Below are positions 13,150 through 27,454 of a stretch of 64,000 nt of DNA, piece by piece. Positions within the stretch are counted from its first letter, which is position 1, and each line of letters begins with the position of its first letter. This stretch comes from Octopus vulgaris (Eukaryota): contig OX597819.1 in the NCBI GenBank assembly GCA_951406725.2, forward strand, positions 77,376,001-77,440,000, written 5' to 3'. The notes under the pieces were generated by a model. The model was given only the letters and a program-made list of their open reading frames with translations, was not told the origin of the DNA and searched no databases. Position numbers and translations under genes: made by a program.

Positions 13150-14385
13150 ACATCATAGCATCATAATTTTGAAATATCTATAAAACCGTCAAAAGCTTGT
13201 TCATTTTTATGTTTTTTTGATTTATTATTAGTGGTGCTTAATGTGTTTTGATAAAACTGATGTTTCTTTTCAGATATCATCAGAAAAAGGTAATTAAAAT
13301 TCATTGACATGACAGATCTATCGGACTTTCAAAGAGATCAAATTGTTGGTGCTCGCATGGCAGGCGCTAGCGTAACGAAACAGCCGAAATGTTTGGTGTA
13401 TCAAGAAATACTGTCTCGAAAGTAATGACAGCCTTTGAGAAAGAGGGGAAAAAACCTCGTCGAAACAAAACTTCAGAAGAAAACCAAAACTTTCAGATAG
13501 GAACCGTCGAACTCCTATAAGAATTGTTAGAAAGGATCGCAAAAGTACAGCTCCCAAAATTACTGCAGAGCTTAATGACCACCTCAAGAACCCTATTTCC
13601 ACAAAAGCCGTTCGCCGGGAGTTGCACAAAGCTGGATTGCACGAGAGGGCTGAAATCAGAAAACCATTACTTTCAAAAACAATCATTGCAAAGCGTTTAG
13701 AGTGGAGTAAAAACCTACAGAATTGGTCCCTAGAGCGGTGGAAGAATATTATTTTCTTGGGCGAGTCATCCTTTACCTTATTTCCGACCACCGGCCGAGT
13801 ATACGTATGGAGATAGCCTAAAGAAGCATTTGACCCAGACTGCCTTCTAACTTTTAAACATGGAGGAGGATCTGTGATGATATGGGTGGGTTATATCATG
13901 GAAATCCGCCACCCCAATGGTTTCCCTTCATGGCCGAATTAATAGTCAAGATTATTTAAGCATTTTATCTGAGCAAATTCATGCTATAGTTGCGGAACTG
14001 TTTCCGGAGGGAAACGGAATCTTTCAGGATGATAATGCACCAATTCACACAGCTAAAGTTGTTACTGAATGGCACGAGGAACATTCTAGTGAAGTTGAGC
14101 ATCTTATCTGGCCACCACAGTCCCCAGATCTCAATATTATTGAACATTTATGGTGCATTTTAGAAAAACTTGTAAGGAGTCGATATGCTCCACCATCATC
14201 ATCACAAGAACTGGAAACTGTTTTAGCTGAAGAACGGACAAAAATTCCTTTGGAAACAATTCAAACTTTGTACGAGTCCATACCTCGTAGAATTCAAGTT
14301 ATAATTACTGAAAAAGACGGTCCTACCCCATGTTAAAATACATTTGTTAGAAATTTTAAGGTTTTTCTATTTTGTCCAACCCCTG
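13150..14385 (+). mobile_element. Tc1-type (DD34E) DNA transposon, left TIR missing
   Basis: Transposase remnant inside. Right end ...TTTTGTCCAACCCCTG resembles a Tc1 TIR. Confidence 0.85.
13309..14336 (+). pseudogene. Tc1 transposase pseudogene (frameshifts, stop)
   Basis: MTDLSDFQRDQIVGARMAGAS HTH start, WKNIIFLGES, FQDDNAPIH, WPPQSPDLNIIEHLW. Confidence 0.9.
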
Positions 14386-14401
14386 TGTGTACGTATGTAT
14401 G

Positions 14402-14435
<34 letters not shown>

Positions 14436-14624
14436 TGTATGTATGCATGTATGCATGCATGTAGGTACATATATATGTATGTGTGTGTGTATATATATAT
14501 GTGTGTGTGTGTATGTGTGTGTGTGTGTGTGTGTGTGTATGTATGCATATAGTGAAAAATAAAAGCAAAACGCATAGAAATTTTATGTGGAACAGTATAC
14601 ACGTACGTACATATACATACTCGT

Positions 14625-14825
14625 TTAATTGTTTCAGTCATTTGACTGTATCCATGCTGGAGCACCGCCTTTTAGTCGAGCAAATCGACCCCAGGACTTA
14701 TTCTTTGTAAGCCTAGTAATTATTCTCTCGGTCTCTTTTGCTGAACCGCTAAGTTACGGGGACGTAAACACACCAGTATCGGTTGTCAAGCGATGTTGGG
14801 GGGGACAAACACAGACACACAAACA
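14625..14825 (-). mobile_element. SINE family A, 3' half
   Basis: GCTGGAGCACCGCC...GAACCGCTAAGTTACGGGGACGTAAACAC. Confidence 0.8.
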
Positions 14826-15274
14826 TACACACACATTATATACACACACATACACACAGACTCACATACACACAGACACCAAACATACACACACCTACAT
14901 ACATATATATATAATTCTGAAATAAGTTGACCGGTTCACATATTTTTATGTGTGAGTGGGGGTGAAGATTGCAGTGCCAGGAAATTCGAGTCGCCTGACA
15001 AACACGCAGTTTCGGTTTCATTTTAAAAAAAAACATAGCCTCTGCAACATATGTTGAGCACTCTTCTTTAATTCGTCCGACATTAACCAGGTTACGCGCG
15101 CGCGGACGCCCACGCGCCCACACACAGACACACACAAACATACATACATACGTACATACATACATACATACATACATACATACATACATACATACATACA
15201 TACATACATACATACATACATACACACACGCATACGCACACATACATACATACATACATACATACATACATACA

Positions 15275-15309
<35 letters not shown>

Positions 15310-15504
15310 TCCCTGCCTGCTTGCCACTTGGAGAATGCGAAACAGTACGATAATGAGTATGTGAGCTTTGCTTCTGTTAGTGACCGTCTAATTATTTCAT
15401 TATCTGGTCGTATATTTATCTATGAGTTTAGCAATTTGTTTGCCCAACATTGATAACCTTTTGTTGACACCCATGGTAATAATAATAATAACAATAATAA
15501 TAAT

Positions 15505-15537
<33 letters not shown>

Positions 15538-15876
15538 AAGAAGAAAATACCACAAATAATATCCTTTACGGATATGTCGTCCATTGTCAATGTTTGCGTA
15601 CACTTTCTAAAGTTTCCATTAGTAATAGGATTCGAAAGACAGACGTAAGCTGGTCGCAAAATAAATCTATTTATGTAACGCTTGCTAAATAAGGGTCTCT
15701 ACATGTGTGCATATGTTTGTTACTTATGAGCTATGAAGCGTGTGTGAGCTATGAAGCGTGTGTGTGGGGGTGTACATAAGTATATATGTGTGTGTATGCG
15801 TGTGCGCATGCACGTATATATATTTGTATATTATGTGTGTCTGTTTAATATGTATTTATATATATACGTACATACA

Positions 15877-15971
<95 letters not shown>

Positions 15972-16196
15972 CTTTTTACTCTTTTACTTGTTTCGGTCAT
16001 TTGACTGTGGCCATGCCGGAGCACCGCCTTTAGTCGAGCAGATCGACCCCAGGACTTATTCTTTGTAAGTCTAGTACATATTCTATCGGTCACTTTTGCC
16101 GAACCGCTAAGTTACGGGGACGTAAACACACCAGCATCGGTTGTCAAGCGATGTTGGAGGGACAAACACAGACACACACACACATACACACACATG

Positions 16197-16272
<76 letters not shown>

Positions 16273-16313
16273 CGACGGGCTTCTTTCAGTTTCCGTCTAC
16301 CAAATCCACTCAC
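15972..16313 (-). mobile_element. SINE family A
   Basis: Same 3' half plus GACGGGCTTCTTTCAGTTTCCGTCTACC. Confidence 0.8.
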
Positions 16314-17303
16314 AAGTCTACTCTTGTGTGTATGTGTGTGCAGGCAATGCACTCGATCTTGTTTCTTGTGTTTGTTGTTTGTTAATAAGTTTTGTGGGAA
16401 CTGAACTTCACTGCCGTGCTTTTGGCTATTACATCAGCACCAGTATTTAACTTGTACTTCAATTTATCGACCTTGGAGAGATAAAAGACAAAGCTGACGT
16501 TGGTGCAATTTGGACTCAGGGTGTAAAGAGCTTGTACATATGTTGGTACAAATGCTGCAAGATATTTTATCTATTGCTCTAACGATTCTTCAAATCGACC
16601 ATTCCATTTTATCCGATGCTCACCTGATCTACCAATCCGTCGTTCGGTTGGAGTTTTGTAATAATACCAGCCAACAAGAGCCAATACTTCAGCGCTTTTT
16701 CGACATGGAGCCGTATTCCAAATTGAAAACAAATTACTCTACGAAACCATCTTATGGCACCGTCTTCATATCCAAGTTCTCCCCCGAGAAGTTGCAGATT
16801 TCAAATCAAGTCGATCTGAAAGAATTTTGTTACTTCAACTTAAAACTGCCGCATTGAACTATCTATGTTTCTAGGTAGATATCTGTATAAGCATATATAT
16901 ATTTGGGAACGTATGTAACGATGAATTAAGCACACCCACTTCGGTTACAAATTGGGTTAAAGTTGCTTCTGGAAGATCAACAGTTGCTAATGCATACCCG
17001 TCTCCTTTCTGCAATGGAAAGACCGATACATCTTGGAATCAGCGACGTCGCAACTTATTTCTACAGGTGAGAGAGCTAGAGCAGCGTGAAATACAGTATC
17101 ATGTATATATATAGTTGAAATTTACAGTAAAACAAAAGACGAATGCAGGTGTGTGAGCAACAAGCAGGTGGATTAGGTGGATCAGTGGTCAGAGCATCGG
17201 GCTTTCAATCGTGAGGTTGTGAGTTCGATTGTCGGACCGGGCGGTTTGTTGTGTTCTTCACCATAATAAACACACGCACACATACACACACACACACACA
17301 CAC

Positions 17304-17370
<67 letters not shown>

Positions 17371-18004
17371 ATTATGTATGAATATAATTGTATCCATCTT
17401 GACGTAAATGTATTGTTAGAATGCCGAATGTATTTCGCCTTAAAAAGTCCTCTCATAGATGCACGGTGCATAAAAGCACAGACACAAATCGTTGCAGGCA
17501 CATTTCTGCATGTATTCGCATGTAACAATTATCTTATACATTATATGCAGGTGTGTGTATGTGTGTGTGCGCGCGTGTGTGTTTATGCATGTATGTACAC
17601 ATACACGCACCCACATACACACACACGCACACATATATAAGCATTTATGTATATATATTAGTATAGTGTACGTGTATTGTGTGTATACATGTAAGTAGGT
17701 GTGTATATGCATGTATTATACATGTATATGCATATATGCAAGTATATGCTTGTGTGATTGTATGTTATCTGTGTTACCTGTTTTTGCTGTTTACAAATCG
17801 CCAATGAAAATTCTGATCTATCAAACACACGGAGTATCTGCTCATACACGCTGCAATGGACTCAATTGAATCACGTGGTGAAATGTAAAAATATCTAGTA
17901 CATATTTACGACGCATTCAGTACACATACGTGGAGAAACACTTGTACAATCTCACCCAGATTCACACTCACACATACATATAGAACGTACAACGTACGTG
18001 TATT

Positions 18005-18065
<61 letters not shown>

Positions 18066-18143
18066 ATATATATGTATGAATTATATATATACTTTATATA
18101 TGCCCGGCATATATATGACATTTTGATGTATATATACATATAA

Positions 18144-18211
<68 letters not shown>

Positions 18212-18510
18212 ATGCATGTTTGTATGTGTATATATATTGTATATATGTGTGTGTGTATAATACATATATATTATATTATACACACACACACGCCCATATG
18301 TGTGGGGGTCGTTGGTCCGTATTTACTATAAACATAGAGGTTTTACAAATGGTCACCGATAAAAATTAAGTACCAGAGTACCAACTTTAATTAATTTTAA
18401 GAGCTCGACTCAAACTTTGGAGGCGGTCCGCAACATGCCTAAAATTCATTTACAGATGAGAGGGGGAATTGCAAGTACAAGTGTATGTATGTGTGTGTGT
18501 GTGTGTGTGT

Positions 18511-18557
<47 letters not shown>

Positions 18558-18816
18558 AGAGGGAGACAGAGCTTATAAAGCAAATTTCACTTCCTGGTCA
18601 TGTATATGCGGCTCCCCAAATGACACCTTCTCCCACCACTTCATTCGGTGTTAGCTAAGTAAACAACAATCCTAACATTTTCTTTTTCTTTTTTTTTCTT
18701 TTTTTAGATTATTATATTTGTGCATTGGACAGGGACAAAAAAATATTTTACGACTTATGTATTTGCAGCGTGATGAGTGTGTGCGTACGTATAAGAGTTC
18801 AGCTTGCATATGTATG

Positions 18817-18887
<71 letters not shown>

Positions 18888-19809
18888 GAATAAAAAGGAG
18901 CCACACACACATGCACGAACATACACACACACACAAACAAGGTGCACTCTATATTTAGTGTTGTTTAAGTTTGAAAAAGAATTACATACCTCTAAGCCTT
19001 ACACCGCCACTGTATGTATATATACATATGCACATTCATATATATATACATATACACATTCATATATATATATATATATATATATATCTCCTATGGTGAA
19101 TTCCTCTGCTCAAATATCCCTATTTTAGTTTTTCTCTTTTCTCTCTTCTCTCTTCTGTCTATACTTTCTTCCTTGCTCTCAGCTATTTCTTTTCTCTCTT
19201 TCTTTCTCTTTTACGTTCTTCCCATTAATTTGTTATTTGTATGATTTCATTTCATATCAGATCATATCGCTGGTATTTTATTAAACATATGGCGTCTCTT
19301 TACTTACCCAGTTTCGATCTAACCGGAAGTTTACAAGTGCTAACTTGTTCTCTTCACTTGCTTAGCATTTCAAACTTCTAAAATGCGGAAGAAAAAAAAA
19401 AATGAAAGAAATAAAATTAAATAAAAGCCTGAACTATTTTCGTTTTTAATTCACTCTCTTGCTGTTACCTATCTTTTACTCTTTCCTTATCACATTCTCT
19501 TTTTGCTTTATCTTCTCCTTTTTCCTTCAGTAACTTGAGGATTTTTTTTTAATGTCTTATTACGAACGTATTTACTTCGTTTGCGTGAACACGTGTCCTA
19601 GTATTTAAAATATTTCAATTGGTAAATTTTAAATAAATACGTAAATTTTCTTAAGTATTTAAAAATAATAAGTGCAAGGTCATTAATTTGCACGGATAAG
19701 GGCAACGGCAGTAAACTGCCCCCAGTACATAAAAAGCGAAGTATGATATTTTGCCATGCAGATACTCTTGCGAGACATGAAAGGGAATGACGGACCATAG
19801 CGTTTAGAG

Positions 19810-20006
19810 CAGTGCTTTTCAAACTTTTTGCTGGAGCGGAACCCCAAGAAAACATTTCACTGGCTCGAGGAACCCCTGTGCAATAATTTAATTGTCTTAT
19901 GCACACATATCTGCACAGGAGAATTAAAGATTACTGTCGATTTTAGCATTTTTATAACTTCTTGCGGAACTCTAAGGTTCCGCGGAACCCTGGTTGAAAA
20001 CCACTG
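19810..20006. mobile_element. hAT-type MITE
   Basis: TIRs CAGTGCTTTTCAA / TTGAAAACCACTG, 8-bp TSD GTTTAGAG / GTTCAGAG (7/8). Confidence 0.85.
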
Positions 20007-20134
20007 GTTCAGAGTAAAGAAGCGAAACCACGTACCACGCGACTTAATCTTCTTTTACTTTTTACCTTCTATTTCTTTCAGCCATTGTAATGTGGCCATG
20101 TGGGGGCCCCCGCCTTCAAAGGTTTAGTCTTGTG

Positions 20135-20580
20135 GAGAAGTTCTCAACTGAGGACCATATGGCCCCTGAGGGTCCATATAAGATTTTGTGAGGGGTCCAC
20201 GCAGCAAAATAGTAAATTGAGGATCCACAATAGTATTTTAAGGGACCCTGAAAACGTATGTATTGGTATATCTTGCAAGAAACAGTCAGGTTTCTTTCTC
20301 TAACATTTTACATGGTTCAACCTACGGAAGTGGATGTGTGAAAAACAGAATATGAATTTTGAAAAAAATTTCTACAAAACTAGTTTTTACGAATCAAATA
20401 GTTATTGGTGGGGGCCACCAGAATAAAATACCAAACAAAGGGGTCCATAGGTAAAAAAAAAATGGCTCAGAATTCTTGATCTCATGGTTCCCAGCCAGAG
20501 TCCACATGAACCTTAGCGGGGTTCATATAAGATTTTGTTGTTAAACTTTATGTGCAATAAATTCGTTATACTTCTACAAT
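20135..20580. mobile_element. Degenerate hAT-like MITE plus partial second copy
   Basis: GTTCTCAAC...GGGTCCATATAAGATTTTG, repeated around 20485-20540. Confidence 0.45.
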
Positions 20581-20581
20581 G

Positions 20582-20797
20582 TGAAGGTGCGTGGCTTGGT
20601 GGTTATTCGGCACGAGGTCGTGAGTTCGATTCCCAGCGACGCTTTATTTCACGTTGCTCCAGTCCACTCAGCTGGTAAAATGAGTAATACCTGTATTTCA
20701 GAGGGCCAGCCTGGTCACGCTCCGTGTCACGCTGAATCTTCCTAAGAACTACGTTAAGGGTACACGTGTCTGTGAAGTGTCAGCCACGTGCGTGTTA
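20582..20797 (+). mobile_element. SINE family C
   Basis: GAAGGTGCGTGGCTTGGTGG...GAGTTCGATTCCC...TTCACGTTGCTCCAGTCCACTCAGCTG. Confidence 0.8.
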
Positions 20798-20926
20798 ATA
20801 AAAGAATACACAGCTGCTTTCTTTTTATTTTGTTTTGTTTTTTGTTTGTTTTTGTTTTTGTTTTTTAAGAGATTGAATATATGCTGTTTTCAATAGTTTA
20901 CTTACGACAGAGAATTGAAGTCAATA

Positions 20927-21007
<81 letters not shown>

Positions 21008-21351
21008 CACACACACACATTCATGCCAACATATATATTTAGATATACATATTCAGATACACATTTACGCATGTTTATTCATATAGATATGCGTCTACTG
21101 CGAAATTATTTTTTCACATTTTTAGTATGTAGAAAACGTGTTTACCTCATCTCGTACGTGTCGCAGAGGACAAGATAAAGTAACCGCAGTGAACTGTTAC
21201 AGTTGCGGCTGCTGCATTTGCTGTACGACTGTTCAGCAGATGCTTTTAACATTTATTATTTCAATTGCTTTAATATTTCATTTTAGTACAAGACCATATA
21301 TGATGAGGTGACAGAATATAGAATATGAGGAATAATAGCTTTACCAAGGTC

Positions 21352-21807
21352 ATTACGGTAACGAGTGTTCCAGTTGATTCGATCAACAGAACAGCCTGCT
21401 TCTGAAATTAATGTGCAAGTGGCTGAGCATTCCGCAGACACGCGTTACCCTAAGCGTATTTCTCAGAAAGATTCAGCATGACACAAAATGTGACAAGGCC
21501 AGCCCTTCGAAATACAGGTACTACTCATTTTTGCCTGCTGAGTGGACTGGAACAACGTGAAATAGTGTCTTCCTCAAAGATACAACGCGCCGCTGGCTAT
21601 TGAAACCACGACCTAACGATATCCTAACCACTAAGCTACGCGCCGCTGGCTATTGAAACCACGACCTAACGATATCCTAACCACTAAGCTACGCGCCGCT
21701 GGCTATTGAAACCACGACCTAACGATATCCTAACCACTAAGCTACGCGCCGCTGGCTATTGAAACCACGACCTAACGATATCCTAACCACTAAGCTACGC
21801 GCCTTCA
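21352..21807 (-). mobile_element. SINE family C with amplified head
   Basis: Reverse complement of the family C body. The head is repeated in tandem. Confidence 0.8.
21585..21803. repeat. Perfect 53-bp tandem repeat x4
   Basis: Unit ACGCGCCGCTGGCTATTGAAACCACGACCTAACGATATCCTAACCACTAAGCT at 21585, 21638, 21691, 21744. Confidence 0.95.
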
Positions 21808-21867
21808 CTAAGTTATTAGTAGAATATTTGAAATCGAAACCGGATCACGGACGCTACACGCCGAAAA

Positions 21868-22266
21868 TCTTTATATATAAAAGTCAAGTTGTGTGTCTGT
21901 CTCCTACGATTTAGATTCCTAACTACTCCCACATTTTGCGGTGCAGTTTAACCAAAACCGAGTATCTTATAGTCGTGATTCATATCGAGCCCTTCTGGGT
22001 ATTAGTGCGCATCTACGATGAGTCTACGATTTAAAAAAAAAATTACCATAATTTTTTTTCCATTTTAATGCATTTTTTCGCTATTATATAAGGGAAGTAA
22101 CTCTCTAAAAATGTCTACGATGAGTCGACGATTTTTAAAAAAATTTACCATCATTTTTTTTCCATTTTTAATGCATTTTTTTGCTATTTTTTGGCTATAA
22201 CTCTCTAAAAATGCTTATATAGTTATTTCCCTTACAAACCCGAGCAACGCCGGGCGATACTGCTAG
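21868..22266 (+). mobile_element. Non-autonomous Helitron (deletion/duplication derivative of 4611-5127)
   Basis: A|TC...hairpin-CTAG|T, same termini as the dimer copies. Confidence 0.9.
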
Positions 22267-22528
22267 TTACCTATAAATTCTTCATTGCTGAATGAAGTTA
22301 ACACAGGCCGGATCTGAAGTCGTAAAGAAGGAATGGTGTGGAATTAGATATTTTAATTCCGCCAATCAATTACTCTACTTCCTCGGTTCTTCGATTTCCA
22401 GTATAAATACAACGGTACAACAATTTGAGTGACCTATTCTTTTTCTTTTCCTATTATTCTTTTCTTTGTTTCAGACTGCAGCCGTCCTGGAGACCCCCTT
22501 AAAAGGCTTAGTCAATGCAGTAGACCCT

Positions 22529-22566
<38 letters not shown>

Positions 22567-23436
22567 GATCCAGTGGTTATTTATTCTGACTTCTTTCTCA
22601 AACTGCTAAGTTACGGGGATGTAAACAAACCAACATTGCTTGCCAATTGGTAGAAGGTAAATACAAACGTGCACGCGCGCGCACACATACACACACACAA
22701 ATTTTATTTCTTTCAAGCAGAAAGTTTCTTTCACGTGGCATTCGTTCTCCTTTATAAGATATCAGCTATTCATCAGTATCATGTCTCTTCTTCGCACGTG
22801 ATGTACCTCGTATCTTTTTGTTTTTTGTTTTGTTTTGTTTTGTTTTCATCGAGGTCTTTTATCGATTCGTTGGGGTTCTTTTTTCTTAAGAAATCTGATT
22901 ATCCCCATCAGCCTCCAAATGGACCCTACCCATCCTCATAAAAGTATGAGGTCGTATTGTTTATGAGGAGATGATACTTCTCGCTTATTTACGATCACTT
23001 GTGGTTGTTTCTATGTATGTGTCCTTGTCGCCGGTTGTAGCTGGAATAGTGAGAGAGAGAAAGAAAGAGAGAGTTTTGTGTTTTCATAAGTTTCCATAAG
23101 TTCCTGGCAATGGACAACCGGACAATAATATTTGCCGATTTGTGAATTGTAACTGGTGTCGCTTTTAGACCAATATCCTTCGTGATACTTTTCTTGGTGG
23201 TATGCAGCGAGCTCTTAAATGGGATTGGCTCCTACATGTGGAGTAGCCGAGTCGTCTATCGTGAGTACTGAATTTGGAGGTCTTCCCAACAATGTCTCTA
23301 AGCTCGCTTGTGTTGCCACTGCTTCGTCCAACTGCCTGCTTCGACGACGAACGCTCGAGGAGCGCACCGCTTTCCCGCCACCGGATGAGTACTCTCTTCT
23401 TTTTAATGTGTGCAAAGGACAGCTTTTCGTTATACA

Positions 23437-23521
<85 letters not shown>

Positions 23522-24089
23522 GCATTGAATATAGTATGTGCATACACGTTGTTGCTGTTGCTGATGCTGTTGTTGTTGAGTTAAACATATCTATTATGTT
23601 TGTAATATATATGTTATATATGTATGTATATAATTTTCATTTTTAACCGCTACTTTGTGTTCATAAATATTTTTTTATCATTTATTTTCTTTTTTATTAT
23701 TTGTTTTGCTTGTTTACTGTAATTTCTCTGAGAACCGGATCAGAAAAGTGAAGCTATTTTCTACCTTAGCAATTTGACAGCAGAATAAAATGAAGACATT
23801 TTCAAAAAATCGACTTCGTTATCTAATCCTAGTGAGAAACTGAGTTTTCAAAATGTCTTTGTGTGAAATAAAATCCAAAATGCAAAACATCAAGCAAAGA
23901 CATATCAAGAGCGTTTCTATCTTCGAAACATGTTCTTGTCCTTGTAATCTATCTTTTCAACACTTGTTTTTGAGCTACGAAAATAAACTCAACAGAACAA
24001 TAACAATATATTACAATACCTCTCCTGGGTATTGTAATATAGGTTGTCGTTCGGCAATTATTTGTTATTTATCCGATATCAAAAGGAAA

Positions 24090-24600
24090 ATAATGTCAAG
24101 AAGAGCGCTTAAATTGTAAATACTTGAATAAGCTGAACAGAATGGAAATACGCCCAAAACTTTTTTAAAGTAGCTGAGACGCGTAAGACAAACTGGAGAC
24201 TGACTGAAAGATACTTCAGCACAAGACCAAAGCCTTTCCACGATAAACTACCAAAAATATATAATGAAACTGAATACAATAAGTAAACTGCAGAATATGT
24301 GGTGATGCAGAAAAAACAGTCCATAGTTATCCAACCTTATCCACAAAAGAATATATCCACACATATGACAGCACTATAGAATGCTAACAGAAAACTGGAA
24401 GTTGTGACAGCACTATAGAATGCTAACAGAAAAGATTTAAAGGCATATCCTAGGAAAGTCATAGACAATGACTAAGTAGCCACACCCTGGGTATGCCAAA
24501 AACTCAACAGACGGCAAGATCAAGACCATTCGATCAGATATTGTTAAGAACCAAGAAAACAAATGCCTCCTAATCGACATATCTAACATATTCAGAAGAC
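24090..24600 (+). mobile_element. Highly degenerate R4/Dong-like LINE remnant
   Basis: ~24530-24585 translates RSDIVKNQENKCLLIDIS, resembling the RLE motif at 63900-63980. Confidence 0.4.
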
Positions 24601-26159
24601 TATAAATTTTGCGTAAGTGACGTATAGTCGGTTATATCGACTCCAGTACTTTACTTGTATATATTTTATTGACCTAGGAAGGATGAAAGGCAATGTTCAC
24701 CTTCGTAACTTTTAAATTCAAAAAGTAAAGGATTTGTAGATCGAGTATATTTTTTGACAGCCCGTGTCCTTTGCTTTTTAAAGAAGGTAGGTATGTTTTG
24801 AAGGAAATCTGGCCGCTGTTTCTGGCGCGTCAAGGGAAAATGTAGAGACTTTTCCGCTAGCTCAACTAAGTTCTGAGAGTGACAGCGACAATTTTTCTAA
24901 AACTACTTTCGACCGCGTTATATAAGTTCTTATATTTCTCTTTTGTGAGTGTGACGTCATCAGAGAATAATTTTGATCAACAAAAATATATAGACGTACA
25001 CATATACTCGAACATACATACACACACACACACACAAGAACAATCTCTCTCCCTCTCCCACGCACACTCATACACATAAACACAATCTCTCACACACCTA
25101 CATACATACATACAGTTAACGTAAAATAATTTGATTCATTTGTTGACCTATATCAAAATGACAACACATTTATTGAAACAAGTAAGCAAATTTTACATTT
25201 GTTGTTGAATAAATATTTATCCCACCGGCATTCTGCAGATGGCTTAGGAAAAACGGAGCAACAAAGAAAGGCCAGCGATATTCACGGCATCAGCTACACT
25301 TCCTTACCGGATTCTTTCCTTAGGCATGACCTTCATCCTAATGTGAAGATCAGTGAACCAAGGACACGAGCAGTCTTAAGAGTGACAGGTGCGAAAAGGA
25401 AATTTGTAGGTCAATGACTCATAGCACGACAGCTCAGGTTTTTATTGCTTAGTTGACTAACTTGACACTGAAGTACATCACAATACGTAGCGTCCCTTTA
25501 AGTGATTTGCCTCTCTCGAACGGGAAATGAATAACCCCGTCCAAACTTCAATTGTTTGTAAGAGACAAACAAGCTCCACTTGTGACAGGGAAACAGCAGC
25601 GTCGAGCTTCCTCTTCATGACATCGTTTAGAGGAGCGGGATGAGAGAAACGTCTCGAATTCTGACGAAGAAACAGCAAGTACAGTCAGAGTCTATCGACA
25701 AGAGCTCTACAGTAGTATTTTATGTAGCTTACATCCGCGGTGATCGGGATACAATAAAATGCAATGCTTGCGTACTCACCGTCATGATGTTGCCGACTGA
25801 CGAAGAAAGTACGGCATTGAACCAGCAAGGCTCTTTGGTTTGGCAGTGTGGTAGTCCGAAGGAAAGCAGGGTGGTATTGGTCGAGGGATAACTAATTCAT
25901 CGTGCTTGTTGCAGCTACATTTCATATTGCTTCAGCTGTGTTGAATGTCTGCTTTCAAGAGAACAGTGAGACCATCGTAAATTCAAACAACCTCGAAATT
26001 CCATCCTTGAATTCGCAGATAAGGTACCAATTCATTCTCAATACGTTCTGGCAGATTCGAACATAAACATACTGAGCGTTGTTGTCTTTCAACGTCGGAG
26101 AACAACTCATTTTAGACGATGTCTGTTTAAAGCACACTTTATTTATTTATAAAAGGAGA

Positions 26160-26206
26160 CTAAGACACTGCAGTGTTTCGACCTTTTTGTAAGTCTCCTC
26201 AGTCAA
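26160..26206 (-). ncRNA. Type I hammerhead ribozyme motif
   Basis: Minus strand TTGA-CTGAGGA-GACTT acaaaa AGGTC-GAAA-CACTGCAGTG-TC-TTAG. Canonical core, GUC site, palindromic stem III. Confidence 0.7.
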
Positions 26207-26369
26207 AATTACCCTTGGAACAATGAATCTAATCTATTGTTTATAGAAATCTGTTGGGATTCTTGATGTTCTGTGTATGCCTTGGGAATTATTAACTGAC
26301 ATCGGCATGCAGTAACAAATAAGTTGTATGCAAAGCGGATATCTATAAACAAGAGCCAGTACTCTTGTT

Positions 26370-26642
26370 AGATTACGGGGATATAAACAAACCAACACCG
26401 ATTGTCAAACGGTGGTGGGAATAAACACACGCACAAAGACACAAAAACACACACACACACACACACACACACATATGCCACAGGCTTCCATACAGTTTCT
26501 GTCTATCAAATTCACTTACAGAGCATTGGCCAGTGTCGTCCCGAAGTTATATTAGAAGACATTTTCCCTCAAGATGCCGCGTAATGGGACTGAATCCGAA
26601 ACCATGTGATTGCAAAGCAAGCTTCTTAACCATACAGCCATG
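26370..26642 (-). mobile_element. Diverged SINE family A
   Basis: GGGACTGAATCCGAAACCATGTG...CTTCTTAACCATACAGCC. Confidence 0.7.
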
Positions 26643-26647
26643 TCCTC

Positions 26648-26761
<114 letters not shown>

Positions 26762-27395
26762 CTCGGAAACTCAAAAGAAAAAACACCGGACAAAAGTGTT
26801 GTCAAATTTCATGCCTTTACGTCATACTTATATTTTTCCATCACCACCGGTGGCCTCGCTTCAGTTGACGATGTAATAAACAATTTTTAAAGGAAGGAAG
26901 AGGGAGAAATATAAGACAGCTGTGATGCAACAACATCAATGATAGAAACAAGATTAGCGCACGCACGGATACAGAAAAGACTTGCGCTGCTCTAGCGGAA
27001 TTGTCTCTGCTATTTCGTAATCACAATTAGTGTTTCTGAGAGCACCATAAAATATTCATTTCAGTTAAAATCAGCAACTATGTATACCAATTTTTCTGTG
27101 AATCAACAGATATTAAACTTGTGTGTGCGCGCGCGTGTATGCGTTTGTATGGGTGTTTGTCAAACAGGGGAATGATTTGGGCAAGATATAGAAGGTAAAG
27201 AGCAACATGTGTTGCGATATTTAGTTACATCACTCTGCGTTCCGAGTTCAATTCTCACAGTGCTCGACGTTACGTTCCAGTTCTTTTTCTTCCTTGGTAG
27301 ATAGAATAATTATCAACCAAGCACACGGATCAATCTAATAAACAATGCGACAATGTAACCGAATATGACTTGGAACGAGAACATTTTTTTAGTTA

Positions 27396-27445
<50 letters not shown>

Positions 27446-27454
<9 letters not shown>

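Noticed and set aside
16510-16857. 115-aa ORF
   Set aside because: Begins inside a SINE B remnant and has no recognisable motif. The splice-like interval on the minus strand has stops in all frames.
21585-21803. CRISPR-like regular array
   Set aside because: Units are identical with no unique spacers, there are no cas genes, and the unit derives from a eukaryotic SINE head.
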